Shown: positions 1 to 58,200 of the stretch, piece by piece
How positions within the stretch are numbered: position 1 is the stretch's first letter
Layout of the letters: the number at the start of each line of letters is the position of its first letter
NCBI RefSeq assembly: GCF_032062105.1
Contig: NW_026923116.1
Coordinates: forward strand, 124,001-188,000
From: Saccostrea cucullata
Taxonomy: Eukaryota
DNA length: 64,000 nt
Direction: 5' to 3'
Made by a program: the position numbers and the translations under genes
Notes under the pieces: model-generated
Told to the model about the DNA's origin: nothing
Databases searched by the model: none
Seen by the model: only the letters and a program-made list of their open reading frames with translations

Positions 1-1173
1 TACAAGTGCTAATATGCTAATTTTGGATGACAAAAATTGCAAACATGGTTGGCAATTTTACCTCAGTTTTACATTATCTATAATTTTGGTGGTGGGGGCA
101 AGAAGGTCAAGAGCTTTTCTCTTACAATAATAGCAGCAATTTTTCCTCAGAGTAATAGCACACAAGAATCATTGGAATTTTCTTCTTAATTAAACATATT
201 ACAAATACAAGCATTTACTATGCCTCAGAGTCTATTTACCAGTATGGGTTGTAGCCTCTAGATGTCCAGTTTTTTGGAGGCCAGACAATGTTTCTACTTA
301 CCAGTATGGGTGGTTGCCTCCAGATGTCCAGTTTTTTTGGAGGCCAGACAATGTTTCTACTTACCAGTATGGGTGGTTGCCTCCAGATGTCCAGTTTTTT
401 TGGAGGCCAGACAATGTTTCTACTTACCAGTATGGGTGGTTGCCTCCAGATGTCCAGACTGTGTTTCTACTTACCAGTATGGGTGGTTGCCTCCAGATGT
501 CCAGTTTTTTGGAGGCCAGACAGTGTTTCTACTTACCAGTATAGGTGGTAGCCTCCAGATGTCCAGTTTTTGGAGGCCAGACAGTGTTTCTACTTACCAG
601 TATAGGTGGTAGCCTCCAGATGTCCAGACAGTGTTTCTACTTACCAGCATAGGTGGTAACCTCCAGATGTCCAGTTTTTGGAGGCCAGACAGTGTTTCTA
701 CTTACCAGTATAGGTGGTAGCCTCCAGATGTCCAGACAGTGTTTCTACTTACCAGTATGGGTGGTAGCCTCCAGATGTCCAGTTTTTGGAGGCCAGACAG
801 TGTTTCTACTTACCAGTATAGGTGGTAGCCTCCAGATGTCCAGTTTTTTGGAGGCCAGACAATGTTTCTACTTACCAGTATGGGTGGTTGCCTCCAGATG
901 TCCAGTTTTTTTGGAGGCCAGACAATGTTTCTACTTACCAGTATGGGTGGTTGCCTCCAGATGTCCAGACTGTGTTTCTACTTACCAGTATGGGTGGTTG
1001 CCTCCAGATGTCCAGACAATGTTTCTACTTACCAGTATGGGTGGTTGCCTCCAGATGTCCAGACTGTGTTTCTACTTACCAGTATGGGTGGTTGCCTCCA
1101 GATGTCCAGACTGTGTTTCTACTTACCAGTATGGGTGGTTGCCTCCAGATGTCCAGACAATGTTTCTACTTAC

Positions 1174-46279
<45,106 letters not shown>

Positions 46280-46359
46280 TTTGATTTATAAGTTAATTAT
46301 ATACACAACACGTATCATAACTATGCATCATTATTTATAAATTTTTACGAAGTTCCTGA

Positions 46360-46410
46360 ATCTGTCGTCCATCTTACATCACGCGACGATAATGACATCT
46401 CGCGAGATTT
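46360..46410 (-). promoter_or_regulatory. USP32 proximal promoter motifs: TCTCGCGAGA palindrome and YY1-like site
   Basis: atctcgcgagat at 46397-46408; minus-strand aagatggacg near 46366-46375; local CpG enrichment ~100-130 bp upstream of the ATG. Confidence 0.55.
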
Positions 46411-47539
46411 ATGCTAGTCAGACTGTAACAGAATCTCTTCACGTTTCGTCGTTTTAAAATCGTTATGTATTATTTGTTAAATGCGTGTTTATGATTTTTA
46501 TCAGTCATAAAGCATACCTAGTTATCATTTATGTGTTAGCAGACAAAAGGATGTTCTATTAAAGTTGTCCTAGAGATTCAAGTTCAATGTAAACAACACT
46601 TCTTGACCTACATTTGCAATTTGTATGGAAGCTCAATAATGTCAAAAATATGGCTTAGCCTATATGAAGAAATAATATTTTAAAATAAACACAAAATTGA
46701 AAAAAAAGATAAATTAGCGGCAATATCTGATTACACACTTTTGTTTTTACACTACATGCACTAGCTCACAATGTTTGAATTACAAAACGAATTGAAAGGA
46801 ATCAATAACAACCATTTTGTGAGTTCTGTGGTCAATATGTACAATGGCCTTTAATTATATCAAACACAATCTATCATATAGTCAAATGCTGACAGACTTT
46901 TTTTCATATAATTGTTAAGCCATTATTTACACACCCACTGTCAAAAATGATTTCATGAACATGAAAAGGAACTATCAGCAGGTGTGACCCGTCAACAGGG
47001 GATGCTCACTCCTCCATAGCACCTGATCCCACAAAAAATATATCAATGTTTTGACATTGAATCACTTGAAAAATCAACTACATTACAAGATTTTCCAATT
47101 GATCTTTAAATATGCAAAATGCTGTTGAACACAACAAAATGTCAGAATTTTGAAGCTTCATTTCAAATTTGTCATTGAAAAGTGAAAATTTTATCGACAT
47201 GTCACATGAAATTTTAACATTTTTTTTATTTATCGGGTTCGTGTGCAACAGGAAAGGAAAATATTTTCATACGCTTTGATTTGCTAAAAAATAACTTAAA
47301 AATTGGCCAGATCAGGCATTTGGTACAAAATAGTACATTTTTAAACACGTTTTTCTAAAATTTTTCTATCTCTGGGTCTTCTCTCCATGATTTTGAAACG
47401 TTATCTTTGTGTATTTTAATTCAAAGAAACGAATAATTTTAAAGGAGAGAAAGCATAAAAGTAAAAACTTTTCCCCAAAAAATCCAAATGTGTGAATGTG
47501 GTGCTTCTTTGTGCTTTTAAAATCATCAGTGTATGTGTA

Positions 47540-47633
47540 GCGGTGATAGCTCAGTAAGTTGGGCTACCTGTGCAGTGCCTTGGAATCGAAAAGTTTTTGG
47601 TTCGAGCCTGGCATGGGGCGTTAATTTTTTTTT
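47540..47633 (+). pseudogene. tRNA-derived remnant (SINE-head-like)
   Basis: A-box-like tagctcagtaagttgg, B-box ggttcgagcc, followed by a T run; no clean cloverleaf. Confidence 0.4.
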
Positions 47634-49920
47634 CATGCAAACAACCATTTATTTTGTCAGTTTTGTTTTACATACTGATGTATTAAAATTTTGAATAAGA
47701 TTAATTTTGGTTCAGTTTGGTTCTCGAGCGAAATCAATTCTAATCTTCTATTCTATAATGTACACGTATCATGCATCTATATGCATTAAATATTTTAGGT
47801 GTTTATTTTTTGCGAAACATTACTATATTACCTGCAGAAAATGGGAACAAAAATGTTACAATCTCACATTTTCAAACTTATTTTAAAAAAACCTATGGAC
47901 GTGTTTGTAAACTCTGACAAGCTATGTTCAGCCAACCAAATCATGGACATTTAAACCATAGATGTTTATGACAAATGATTTAAAGTGCATAAAGTAGTCA
48001 CCAAAATGATTGATTGGATATATCATAAATCACCGTTGTCCAACAATTTCATACGTTGGCAAATTTAAACCAGTTTGGACAATAATGTTAAGGATAAAAA
48101 CTTTTTGAGGTTTTTCATTTGATCCTGGTCACTGCACCAAAATAACTTTTACAGCATACGAAGCATAAAAGTAAAAATATGAGACCCAATGTTACAGCTA
48201 TTAATGTGCAACCATCAGAGTCCCTCACTTCACATCTGACCAGAATTCAGTTACACTCTCCAGTAATTCTAGAGTCAAGTGCATCCATTGATTCATTTAA
48301 TACCTCACAATGAAGATTGAGGGGCCAGTTGTTTACTCTTCCCTTGGCATCAGATCCCACCTATAGTGTTAAAAAGGGTCTACTTTTGCCCATTCATATT
48401 TTATATTGCTTACAATTACTCGATTGATCACTGTATTTTTGCCCATTCATATTTTATATTGTTTACAATTACGCGATTGATCACTATAATGTATTCACCT
48501 TTTCCATTCCAGGTATGGAAATATAACAAATATTTGATTTCTTTCAATTTCTTTTTAACTTTACACACATCAATCAAGAAAAAAATTTGTTTTCAGAATC
48601 CAGAGACAGGATATCTCGTAGTTAACCTTTATTCTTGCTTGCTTTAAACTTTTCACCCATCTCCACCTATCCCCCAAAATTGCAAACACCGAACAGTTAC
48701 TATACTTTCGCTCATCTCAGAAATTATGTCAAATACCAAGTCATGTTTCAGATATCCATGTTCAACTGTACAATACATATGGTTTCATCAAATGCTTCAA
48801 GTAATTTAGCATAAAGCATGTATTTTTACACTCGGATTGAACACAAGACATCTTGTATTACACAGGAGTCAATAATTCACAAAATGAAAAATTTCATTTA
48901 ACATTTATTAAAATAGTATTCAATTCATTTGTACATGGATGACATACAAAACTGTACAGAACATTTTCAAAGAATAACAGACTTCAACCAACTGTACAAG
49001 TATAAAAGCACTATATAATTGTAACTAAAGGTACTTTTCACACAAGTAACCATTACTATATTTACATATGAAAAGATGGTGATCTCTAATGAATGTTTAA
49101 GAATATGCAAATGCAACAATGAAATCTGAATTTTTTTTTTCTTTCTAAAATCACTTAAAACTTTAACCTTAATTGATAGTAGATATCAATTTGCTTATAC
49201 ATGTATACATTTATGTATAATTCATTGCAAATCTAAACTGATGGAAATACATGTATTTAATTCAATGTACTGTACAGGGGGAAAATAACTCGCGGTGTTA
49301 ATATTCGCTATATTCACGGTGTTAATAAATCCGTGAATTCAAGAAACAGTGAATAAATTTTCAGTAATCTTCAGGTTTAATTTGGAAATTTGAGAACAGA
49401 CAACGATAGGGCTACATACATGTACGCGAAGTACATGGTCATTTTGACCGGTAATTACGAGTAATACTCGTCATTCAATTAATTTAATTATCACGCTTAA
49501 CATAAATTCAGATCAGCAGATAATAACCCGTATTTGCTAAACAAGCTGTTTTAATAGCCAACGCTCCTACATGTTTAAATTTCATCAATCAAAACACGTG
49601 GGTCATGGGTTTTGATTATCCGTGCGTAACTAATGTTACCACGTGTATTTGTTACTGCATTATCATGCATGCATATGAGTTTTCATCGACATATTTTTTT
49701 TTTTAAAAAATCATTCAAATAACTATAGAACTTACTGAAGATGTGGAAGGATATTTCGTCGACCTTTTCCAACAGTAACACATTTATTACCGTCCAGTGC
49801 TTTTTCGTTGAGTTGTATCGAAGATCTTAGGGTGTACATGCACTCATTATAATAGCATATAGGAAAGACATTTGATGTTAAGAGTCAAGGACTTTTGATA
49901 ACTGCACTTGTTTTAATTAA

Positions 49921-50749
49921 GGCCAGGTAAAATTAATCTTTAGATTCTCATCCTAATTTGCTAAAAAATTGGGGCGGGTGGGCGGATTTTATTTTTTATT
50001 TTTTATAATTGTTAATTTATATATAGGCCTAAGTATCAACAAAACAATGGACGCCCCGTACACATTTTTTTTCATTACCTTAATGCAAATATGAATAGAT
50101 TTAATTCTTTTCATATTCTTTTAAATATTTAAAGAAAATTTTTGCTTTAAAAATTAAATATTTATTGTTAATTAACAAATTATCAAGTACACATTATACG
50201 GCACACCCTGAACAAAATGAGGTAGGGATACCAATAAATTATTATTTTGCAAAATCTATATAAATGTTCTAATAATTATTCAACTGAAAAATCTAGGCCT
50301 TCTCTTAAGTCTGTCTACGATGTTGTAGATTTTTTTTTATTTCAAAGCAAAGTCACACAGCTGGAGATCGTTATATGTAACTAGACCAGGTGTCATTTTA
50401 GTCGTCTATTTTTACTTAGTTACAATCTCTCTACATACTTGCTCCTGCCAGTGATGGTATCTATATGTGTTTATGCTATTTTTTCTTCTCTGCCTTCTCT
50501 ATTGACAAATATATTACACATTTAAACTGCTTTTATTGCCGATTTTTCTCCATTCTTCACATGGCGTTTTTGCTATAAATAGCGACACGCGACTTTTAAT
50601 ACAGACGGGAGATAACTCTTAAACTTTGAACCAAATTCTTACTGAATAATACATGAAAATACCCCAAAATCAAAATAAAAAACATCGGGGCGGGACATTT
50701 TGAGAGGGGCGGGCGGGGATGAGAATCTAAAGATTAATTTTATATGGCC
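49921..50749. mobile_element. PIF/Harbinger-type MITE, nested in an older element that starts near 49270
   Basis: TIRs ggcca..taaaattaatctttagattctcatcc / ggatgagaatctaaagattaattttatatggcc with TAA on both flanks. Confidence 0.82.
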
Positions 50750-52244
50750 TAATCGTCAATTTTTTTTTTTATATCAAATCTAATTATTTTATTTAAACCT
50801 ACCCCGTTGTTCGTGAAATAAAGTCATAACACTGATTATCAATATCGTTTACATGTAGCTATGGTATAGATAAACGGATATAGACAAGGGAGGTAACTTT
50901 TATTATGTACCATTCCGCGAAAAAGAATCGTTATTGAAAAAAAAATGCTATCAGAAAAAGAAGTTATTTAAAAAATGCAAACTTGTAACAACACTTTCAA
51001 TTTGTTGATTTCATATTCATTATGAAATCAAACAAGCATGTTCCCACATTACAATAAATAAATATTAAGGCTTGTTTCTTTCATTTTTTAAAACACACTA
51101 AGAATTAATTAAAACCAAAAGCAGGATAAATGCTTTCAAAAATAAATTTTCAAAACTGCAACAATTTTGAACATGAACAAAACAAAAACTTAATGAAATA
51201 CATGCAAAGTCTTTCAATGTACAATTTTCCCAATGTTTTGCTTGCTCAAAATTTATACAATTCTTTAACAGATGGTGTAATTTGGCAGTGAAGTTTAATT
51301 AATTCTTACATTCAATAGATGCTTTACTAAAATGGCATAAGAAACACAATTAGCTGCCCAAGTCAAGTGCACACATAATATAATGAGTACATTTCATTCT
51401 CCCTTGCAAAGCAATAATTCATCTCTCACACAATTACCTCCCCTTGCATAAAGCATACACACACACATATAAAATGATATCATCCCAGCTTGTCTTTGAG
51501 ACTTGCATTTAAATACTTAACAACATGCATTAGCACTATATATACATTATAAAAAAAATCACTTTGATTTCAATATGTAAGTTGTTTTTCACATTTCTTT
51601 GACTAACATGTATAGAAGAGAATTACCTGTACTATGAAGCAATTTTCAAGTACTGGTGATGTACTCTTCAATATGGATGGGGATTTCTAGATTTTTATAT
51701 TATGTCCCTAATCAAAAAGTGCACCTACTTTCAACATCCACCTTCATTTTCATAGAACCACACATTACAATCAACATTTCACAATTGGCCTAATTAAAGA
51801 GGCTAGCCTGAGTATCCCACAAATGATTACAATACCTTAACAATTTTTCTGAAAGATTTATTCATCATTTAAGTTTTGGACAAATCAAGTTAGCTATCAC
51901 TATGACAACATACAACAGAATACTGAAGTGAGATCATGTGAATAAAATTACTCAAATGACCGTAAAAATGGAGTCTCTTAACTCCCATCTCTCTGTATAC
52001 AACAAACACTTGCCAATAGTAACAACTTTCTTCTTATAATACAAATAAAGCTGTTTCCTCCCTTTCTGTCATACACATTTCATAAAAGGAAACAAATACT
52101 TCCCATATTAGGTACAATATGGGCTCTCTGTATATCCTGCCAATTTAACCAACTGAAAGAAGATTTTTGGATTCAACATTCAAATCAGAGCAATACGCTC
52201 GACTATCAAAACAACCCATTATCGATGTATTTTGCATACTTCAG

Positions 52245-55200
52245 TTAATTCAGAGTGCCACGGCAATTAGGAGCCCCACACAAACATGGAATCTTTTCGT
52301 CTTCTATTGGGAACTTGTAATCATATGTTATTTCTTCGTTGACGTCTATGTCTCTCTTTGAGTATATCACAATTTTCTTTTGCGATTCCACTGTGATGAT
52401 CTTTGCATAACAATTTGGCTACAAGAGAAGAAAACATTCATAAGAAAGGGGGAAAAATTGTACCTTATACATTTTGTCAATATTTGTCATAGTGTATATA
52501 CATGTAATATACAATGCCTCTCTGTAATATATAGATGCATGTCCAAATTCAAGTACTGTCAAATATAGCCTGATTTTTTCAAAGTAATTTATTTTAAAAA
52601 TTCCAAAAATTCTTTCTTTTTTTTAAATTGTTAGAACAGTATAAATGTAATATGGACAAATAACAAGAAAATAGCACAATGTCTTTATATAAAAGTGAAA
52701 AACACTGATTTTCTTATTTAATCTAAATTGGTCTCAGTGACTTCTTAATTATCAAGTTTTACTTCAGTAACTCTCATCTGACAGTACTTACATTACAGCA
52801 ATGGTTGATGAAGCGGGCCAGGTTACCACACTTTGTGGCATCTATGATGGTCTCTGTGTCTACCCTAAACAGGTAACTACTACCGCACCCCTCCGCTTCG
52901 TACTTCTTCTCCCGCAGGTCGGCCAGGGACTGACGGAGACTCTCTCCTACGTATTCTATCACCATCTCATCGGCTGCTATAGGCTCCAATGCAAACAAGC
53001 CCCAGTCATGAATGCCGCTGCGAGCAAACTTCAACTGTTTCTTTCTCAACTATTTAAAAAAAGATTCCATATTATACATTGATACTGACAAAATATTCAA
53101 GATTAAGTACCTATTAATTTCAAAAATCAAATCAAATAGCTAAATAAAAAGATTACATCATAAAGGAAAACAATGATCATGCACGGTTAAAATAATTTCA
53201 AAATAACATACTCAAAAAATAATCTTTAAGAGTCTATAAAAAAAATGAAAAGCAAAAATTTTTCATCCATGTACTCAACATGTCAATATTGTAAATCAAC
53301 CAAAAAAAATTGAAGTAAAACGAATAAGCCATCAGATACATATAACATATATACATGTAAATAAGCCATAAAATTCAGAGTAAAAAAAAATTACAGATAC
53401 ATATATGTATAAACATCCAGATTCATAATCTTTCAATCTCCTTGGTATATTTCATTCTTATGCTAATTTTTTTTTTTACCTTCATATTACAAGCAACTAC
53501 CTGTAAACATTTTTTTCATTTTACAACATGACTACAATGTGTACAAACAACTCATTTTTTCATCAGATAAATTAATTGATACATACCCTAAACTGAGTGA
53601 ACTTGAAGAGATCTAAATACTGTGAGTCAGCGATGGTAACCTGGAGTCTTCTGTTCTCGTGACGAGCCTCCCTGGATTTCTGAGTCTTCTTTTCCTGCAG
53701 ATAAACACATAATGTAGATACAATGCCTAGGTTTAAGTACAAAAAACATCACAATCAGGGATCTAAAATCTAGACCAAGTGGATATTCAGAATTTTTGTT
53801 TTTACATGCTGAACCTTTAAGCTTATTGACGTGCTTACATTTTTAACCTGGAATAAAGATTATCTTTAAAAGTCTACTGAATTCTTAATGCATCTAGAAC
53901 CTAAACCCTGGACCCAGTAGAATTTCAGTAAAGGCTTATTTCTCATAACCATACACACTCTCACAATGATTAGATGGATGACAACAAAATTGTTTTAGAC
54001 CTTTTCCATTTTTGTTCTTTTTTTTCAGGTAAGGTATAAGTATGGTGTATATTTCACTTACTCTGACAGCCTCGGGTGGTTCTGTCACCTCTGGTTCCTG
54101 TGGATTACTGAGCCAGGTCTTGTCTTTGGACGTCAGCTTATAATACCCTTCTGTTCTGGCACATCCTGATAAAATTTAAACAGTATTAGTACATTAATAT
54201 AGATTCTCACAAACTAAAGCACCCTTTTTTTTTGACTGGACATGAAAACAGTATGTACATGCAACAGACCACAAAAAATACCAGTATTTTCTTACTAAAT
54301 AAAGTACCTGTTTTATGAGGTTTGGGGAATTCCATCTCAGTCTTCTTCCTCTTTTTGGATGGTACAGGGTCTGGTATATTGGTGCATGGATGATCCACCC
54401 ATAAAATGTCATTTACCCAGTATCCCATAGGATCTTCGGACTCCAGAAGATTTTCATATGTCTTCTTCATGTACTTGATGTCTTCATCATCAATGCCTTT
54501 GCTGTACATATCAAAGAACACTAACCTCTCTTCCTCCATCTTCCTTGGAGGGAATTTTTTGATTGGTTTGGGAGGAGGCAGAAGATTGATAAGTTCTCTG
54601 CTGCCTCTAGACCGATTCAAGAAGTCATTGACATTGAAGGAGGTGGATTCCTTCAATGGCTGCTTCCTCTTCCTCTCCTTCTTCACAGCCGGCTCCTTCT
54701 TCTTGGCTGTTGCAGGAGTGGGTTTAGCCAGCTCCTGAACAATGTCTGGCACTTGAGGTTTCTGCTGCTCGACAAGATCTCGAAGGTGAGGCTGGGGTGG
54801 AAGACAGTAATTGTGGTCGATGAACACTTCGTACGGCGTGGTATTTTCGTCCTCGTCTGCCGACATGGTACCATCTGTGTCATTGCCATCCGCCGTAGGA
54901 GGAGGCAGCACATAGTCATGTTCCACCAGGAAACTTGGCTTCTCTTTCTCCTGATCCGCATCTTCTTCTTTAATTTCCCCAGTCATGGGTGGAACTGAAG
55001 GAGCCAGTTTCTGGTCTTGTTCTCGCTGGCTGAGAATTTCGGAGGCCTTCAGTAATGTCTCAAATCCAAAAGCCTCGGTCTCCTCTGAAATAACAGGCAT
55101 GGCTTCCTCCTCCTTCTTCACCTGTTTATTCACCTGCTTGTCTTCTTTTGAGATCAGTTTTTTGGGTGATTCTGGGGCTTTCTCCTTCTCTTCTTCTTCA

Positions 55201-58200
55201 TCCTCTTCCTCAACATCAACTTTCTCATCACTAACAAAATATAGAAATTCAGCTTTAATTTTTGCCATTTTCATTATTACATGTAATTCTAAGTCATTTA
55301 AATTATTTTGGAAATATCACTTTTTTTTTTACCTTCTAAAAGGGAAAAAGTATTTTTATTATACATGTATTAGAGAATGCTTCATTTTTTCCTATTTTAA
55401 TTTTACAAGTTGTATTAAATACACAATTCCTCATACAACATAACATATTCAAAAATTGCAAACTGCACCCATTTCATAGCATCCTTTTATTCAAGAAATG
55501 AAACATACCTGTCCTCTTCCTCGACTGATATTTTCTTTATTTCCTCTTTCTTTTCTGCCTTCTCTTTCTTCTTTTCTTCCACTTCCTCTCTGCAAGTCAA
55601 CAAGATTAAGTGAAATCTGCACCCATTGAAAGAAAACCAATTCAAGCAGGAAATATAATTTTTCTACTATTTAAAAGTTATGAAGTATTAGAAATTAATT
55701 TACGGTCATTGTAAACATGTACATCTACAATACACTACTAATTTCACTAGTAGAATTTAGTTTACTACATAAATAGTCTATCTGTAATGTACACTAATTT
55801 TTCACAGGTAGAATTCAGTATACTACATTAATAATCATTACTTTTTCTTAATATCCACATGTTCCTCTTTCTTTTCCTCCTCTTCCTCCTCTTCTTCTTC
55901 CTCTGACTCCTCCTCCTCTTCCTCTGATTCCTCCTCCTCCTCCTCCTCCTCTGACTCCTCCTCGTCACTGCTGTCCACATTCTCCTTCTCCTCCTCCTCC
56001 TCACTACTCTCCACATTGTCTTTGTCCTCATTGTCTTCTTCCTCATCTACAATTATAAGGAATGTTTCAACATTTTGAATAAACACAATCATGTGTTTCA
56101 CTTTCACATATCATCACAAAAGATATGGAAAAAAATTTATCCATCAGGAACATGTACAGTATCTTCGCTCTGGTCTTGTATTTCTACTGTCATAACTACA
56201 TCCCTTGTCTGAGATTCTCGTTAATAAGTAGATTCCTGTTTATTTGATAAATCATTTTTTTATGGAAATTTTTTTGGGATCATTTAGTAAAGTCATTTCT
56301 TACCCTCTGATTCTTCCTCATCCTCACTTGAGCTGTAGATAGGTTTGCGTATCCTGGATGGTTTCTCTGACTTTACTACTCATTTTAAAAGAAAAGAACA
56401 ATATTACATGTACATTAAATCCACCTTCATATGTTATATGTCCAAAAAAAAAAAAAGCAGTCACATAACTTTTTGCTTAGAACTAGTGTAAGTACACATA
56501 TTTTACAAGTAATCAAACATAAACATATTAATACCTGAGGATTTCTCTATTCTGCTGCTGTCAGATTGTTTACTCTCTTCATCTTCTGGTGGTGGTGATG
56601 GTGGTTTATATTTTTTCTGTTAATTTTTAATTAATAATAATTGAAATTTTTTCTCCTACATATTCATTGCGTATCAATATCAATTTTTCATCTTTCTTTT
56701 TTTTAAACAATTTGATAAAGAAGAAAGCAATTCATACATACCTTAAAAGAAGGTAGCCTGGGCATTCCACCCCTGATACCAAGAAATCCACCCCCCATGA
56801 ATCCTCCCATGTTGATCTCCCCCTCTCTTGACCATGGATGCTGGGGTTCAAACAGGGAGGCCAGAGTGGACGTGACCTCGCTCTTCCCGACGGTGACAGT
56901 GGACGGTTTGGGTGGTGATGAGGGTTTGTCATATGACTTCTCAGGAAGGAGACGAGCTGATTGCTGAAATATGAAGAAAACACAATTTATGACCAGCTTT
57001 AAATCATCAAATTTTTTCTTTATTGAAAACTCATCTATTTACAATTTTACACACAAGGATAAAGCATTATGAACATTATTGTCTACTACATCATTTTCTC
57101 AGATCTGAACAATCTAGTCTTATAAAGCAATACATTTCTACTTTCAATCAAATTTCATGAGAATGTTGAAAGGATTGTTATGAATTAAATACCAGTACAT
57201 GGAAGATAAAAAAAGATTATACATATACAATACATACCACTTCTTTGTATTTATTGGATTCATCTGACCACCAGCCATCAAAGGACTTAAAGGCCGAGTT
57301 TTCCACCATTTTCTTACACATGTCCTTTTGCATGACAGATTTGAGTTCCTTCACAAATCCCTCTAACACATCAATGAACTGCTTCTCCATGGCTTCACTC
57401 TCAGCTTTAGTCTGCCCTATCATGGGAGACTGATTCATCATGTCATTGTTATACTGATTGTAAAAATTCTGGTTGTACACCTGCATATTATTGGCACCCA
57501 TGAAGTTGTAGTTTGTGAAAGTGGCCCCATAGTTCATGCCCATGTTCTGCATTTGCCAAGGATTGGCCACAAAGTTCGCACTGTTGGCCGCGTCGGGGAC
57601 TACTCCCTCTGGAATTATGGGATTGACTTCAATGTTTTGGTCATCGCTGTTTCCTGAAGAAATGCTCATTTCGTCGTCATCCTGGGTTATCTCCTCACTG
57701 TTCCCAGATGGAGCCACTGGAATGGTTTCAGGAGTAAAGTTTGTTAAAGCACTACCATTGAGCTGAGAACCGCCTTCCCGGAAATCCAAATTATGAGTTA
57801 ATTTTCTATCTATTCTCTCCCCTTCATGAGAAACTGGCGTATATTCTTGCCCATAGTCAAAAGGGGTTCTAGGTTTTTGAGCATCGACACAGTTTTCCTG
57901 TGGTGTTTTGGGTATCCTGTCTGATATATCAGCATGTTTATTGTTGTACCTCCCAGTGGGAGGAGTCTGTTCTTTCTTCCGCGAATCATTGGTTGACTCG
58001 TCTGATGGACTTCCACTAAAGCCATCTGAGATCCCTCCAACATTCTGTAGAAGACTCTGAATACGGGATTCCAAACTCTGCGGCCTGGGTTCCTCCTCTG
58101 TCGTTGTTGCTGGTTCTGGGGGCATGGGTGGAGTTTGGGGCCTTGGGGGTGGGGGTTGCTCCTTCTCAATGCTGTCCCTCCTGAAGCTATCCCCCCTTGG

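Noticed and set aside
46978-47031. Short fragment ggtgtgacccgtcaacaggggatgctcactcctcc...cacctgatccca, with a degraded relative near 48320-48365
   Set aside because: Looks like a common dispersed-repeat fragment; too short to classify.
47540-47621. Functional tRNA gene
   Set aside because: A and B boxes are present but acceptor and anticodon stems do not pair convincingly; kept only as a remnant.
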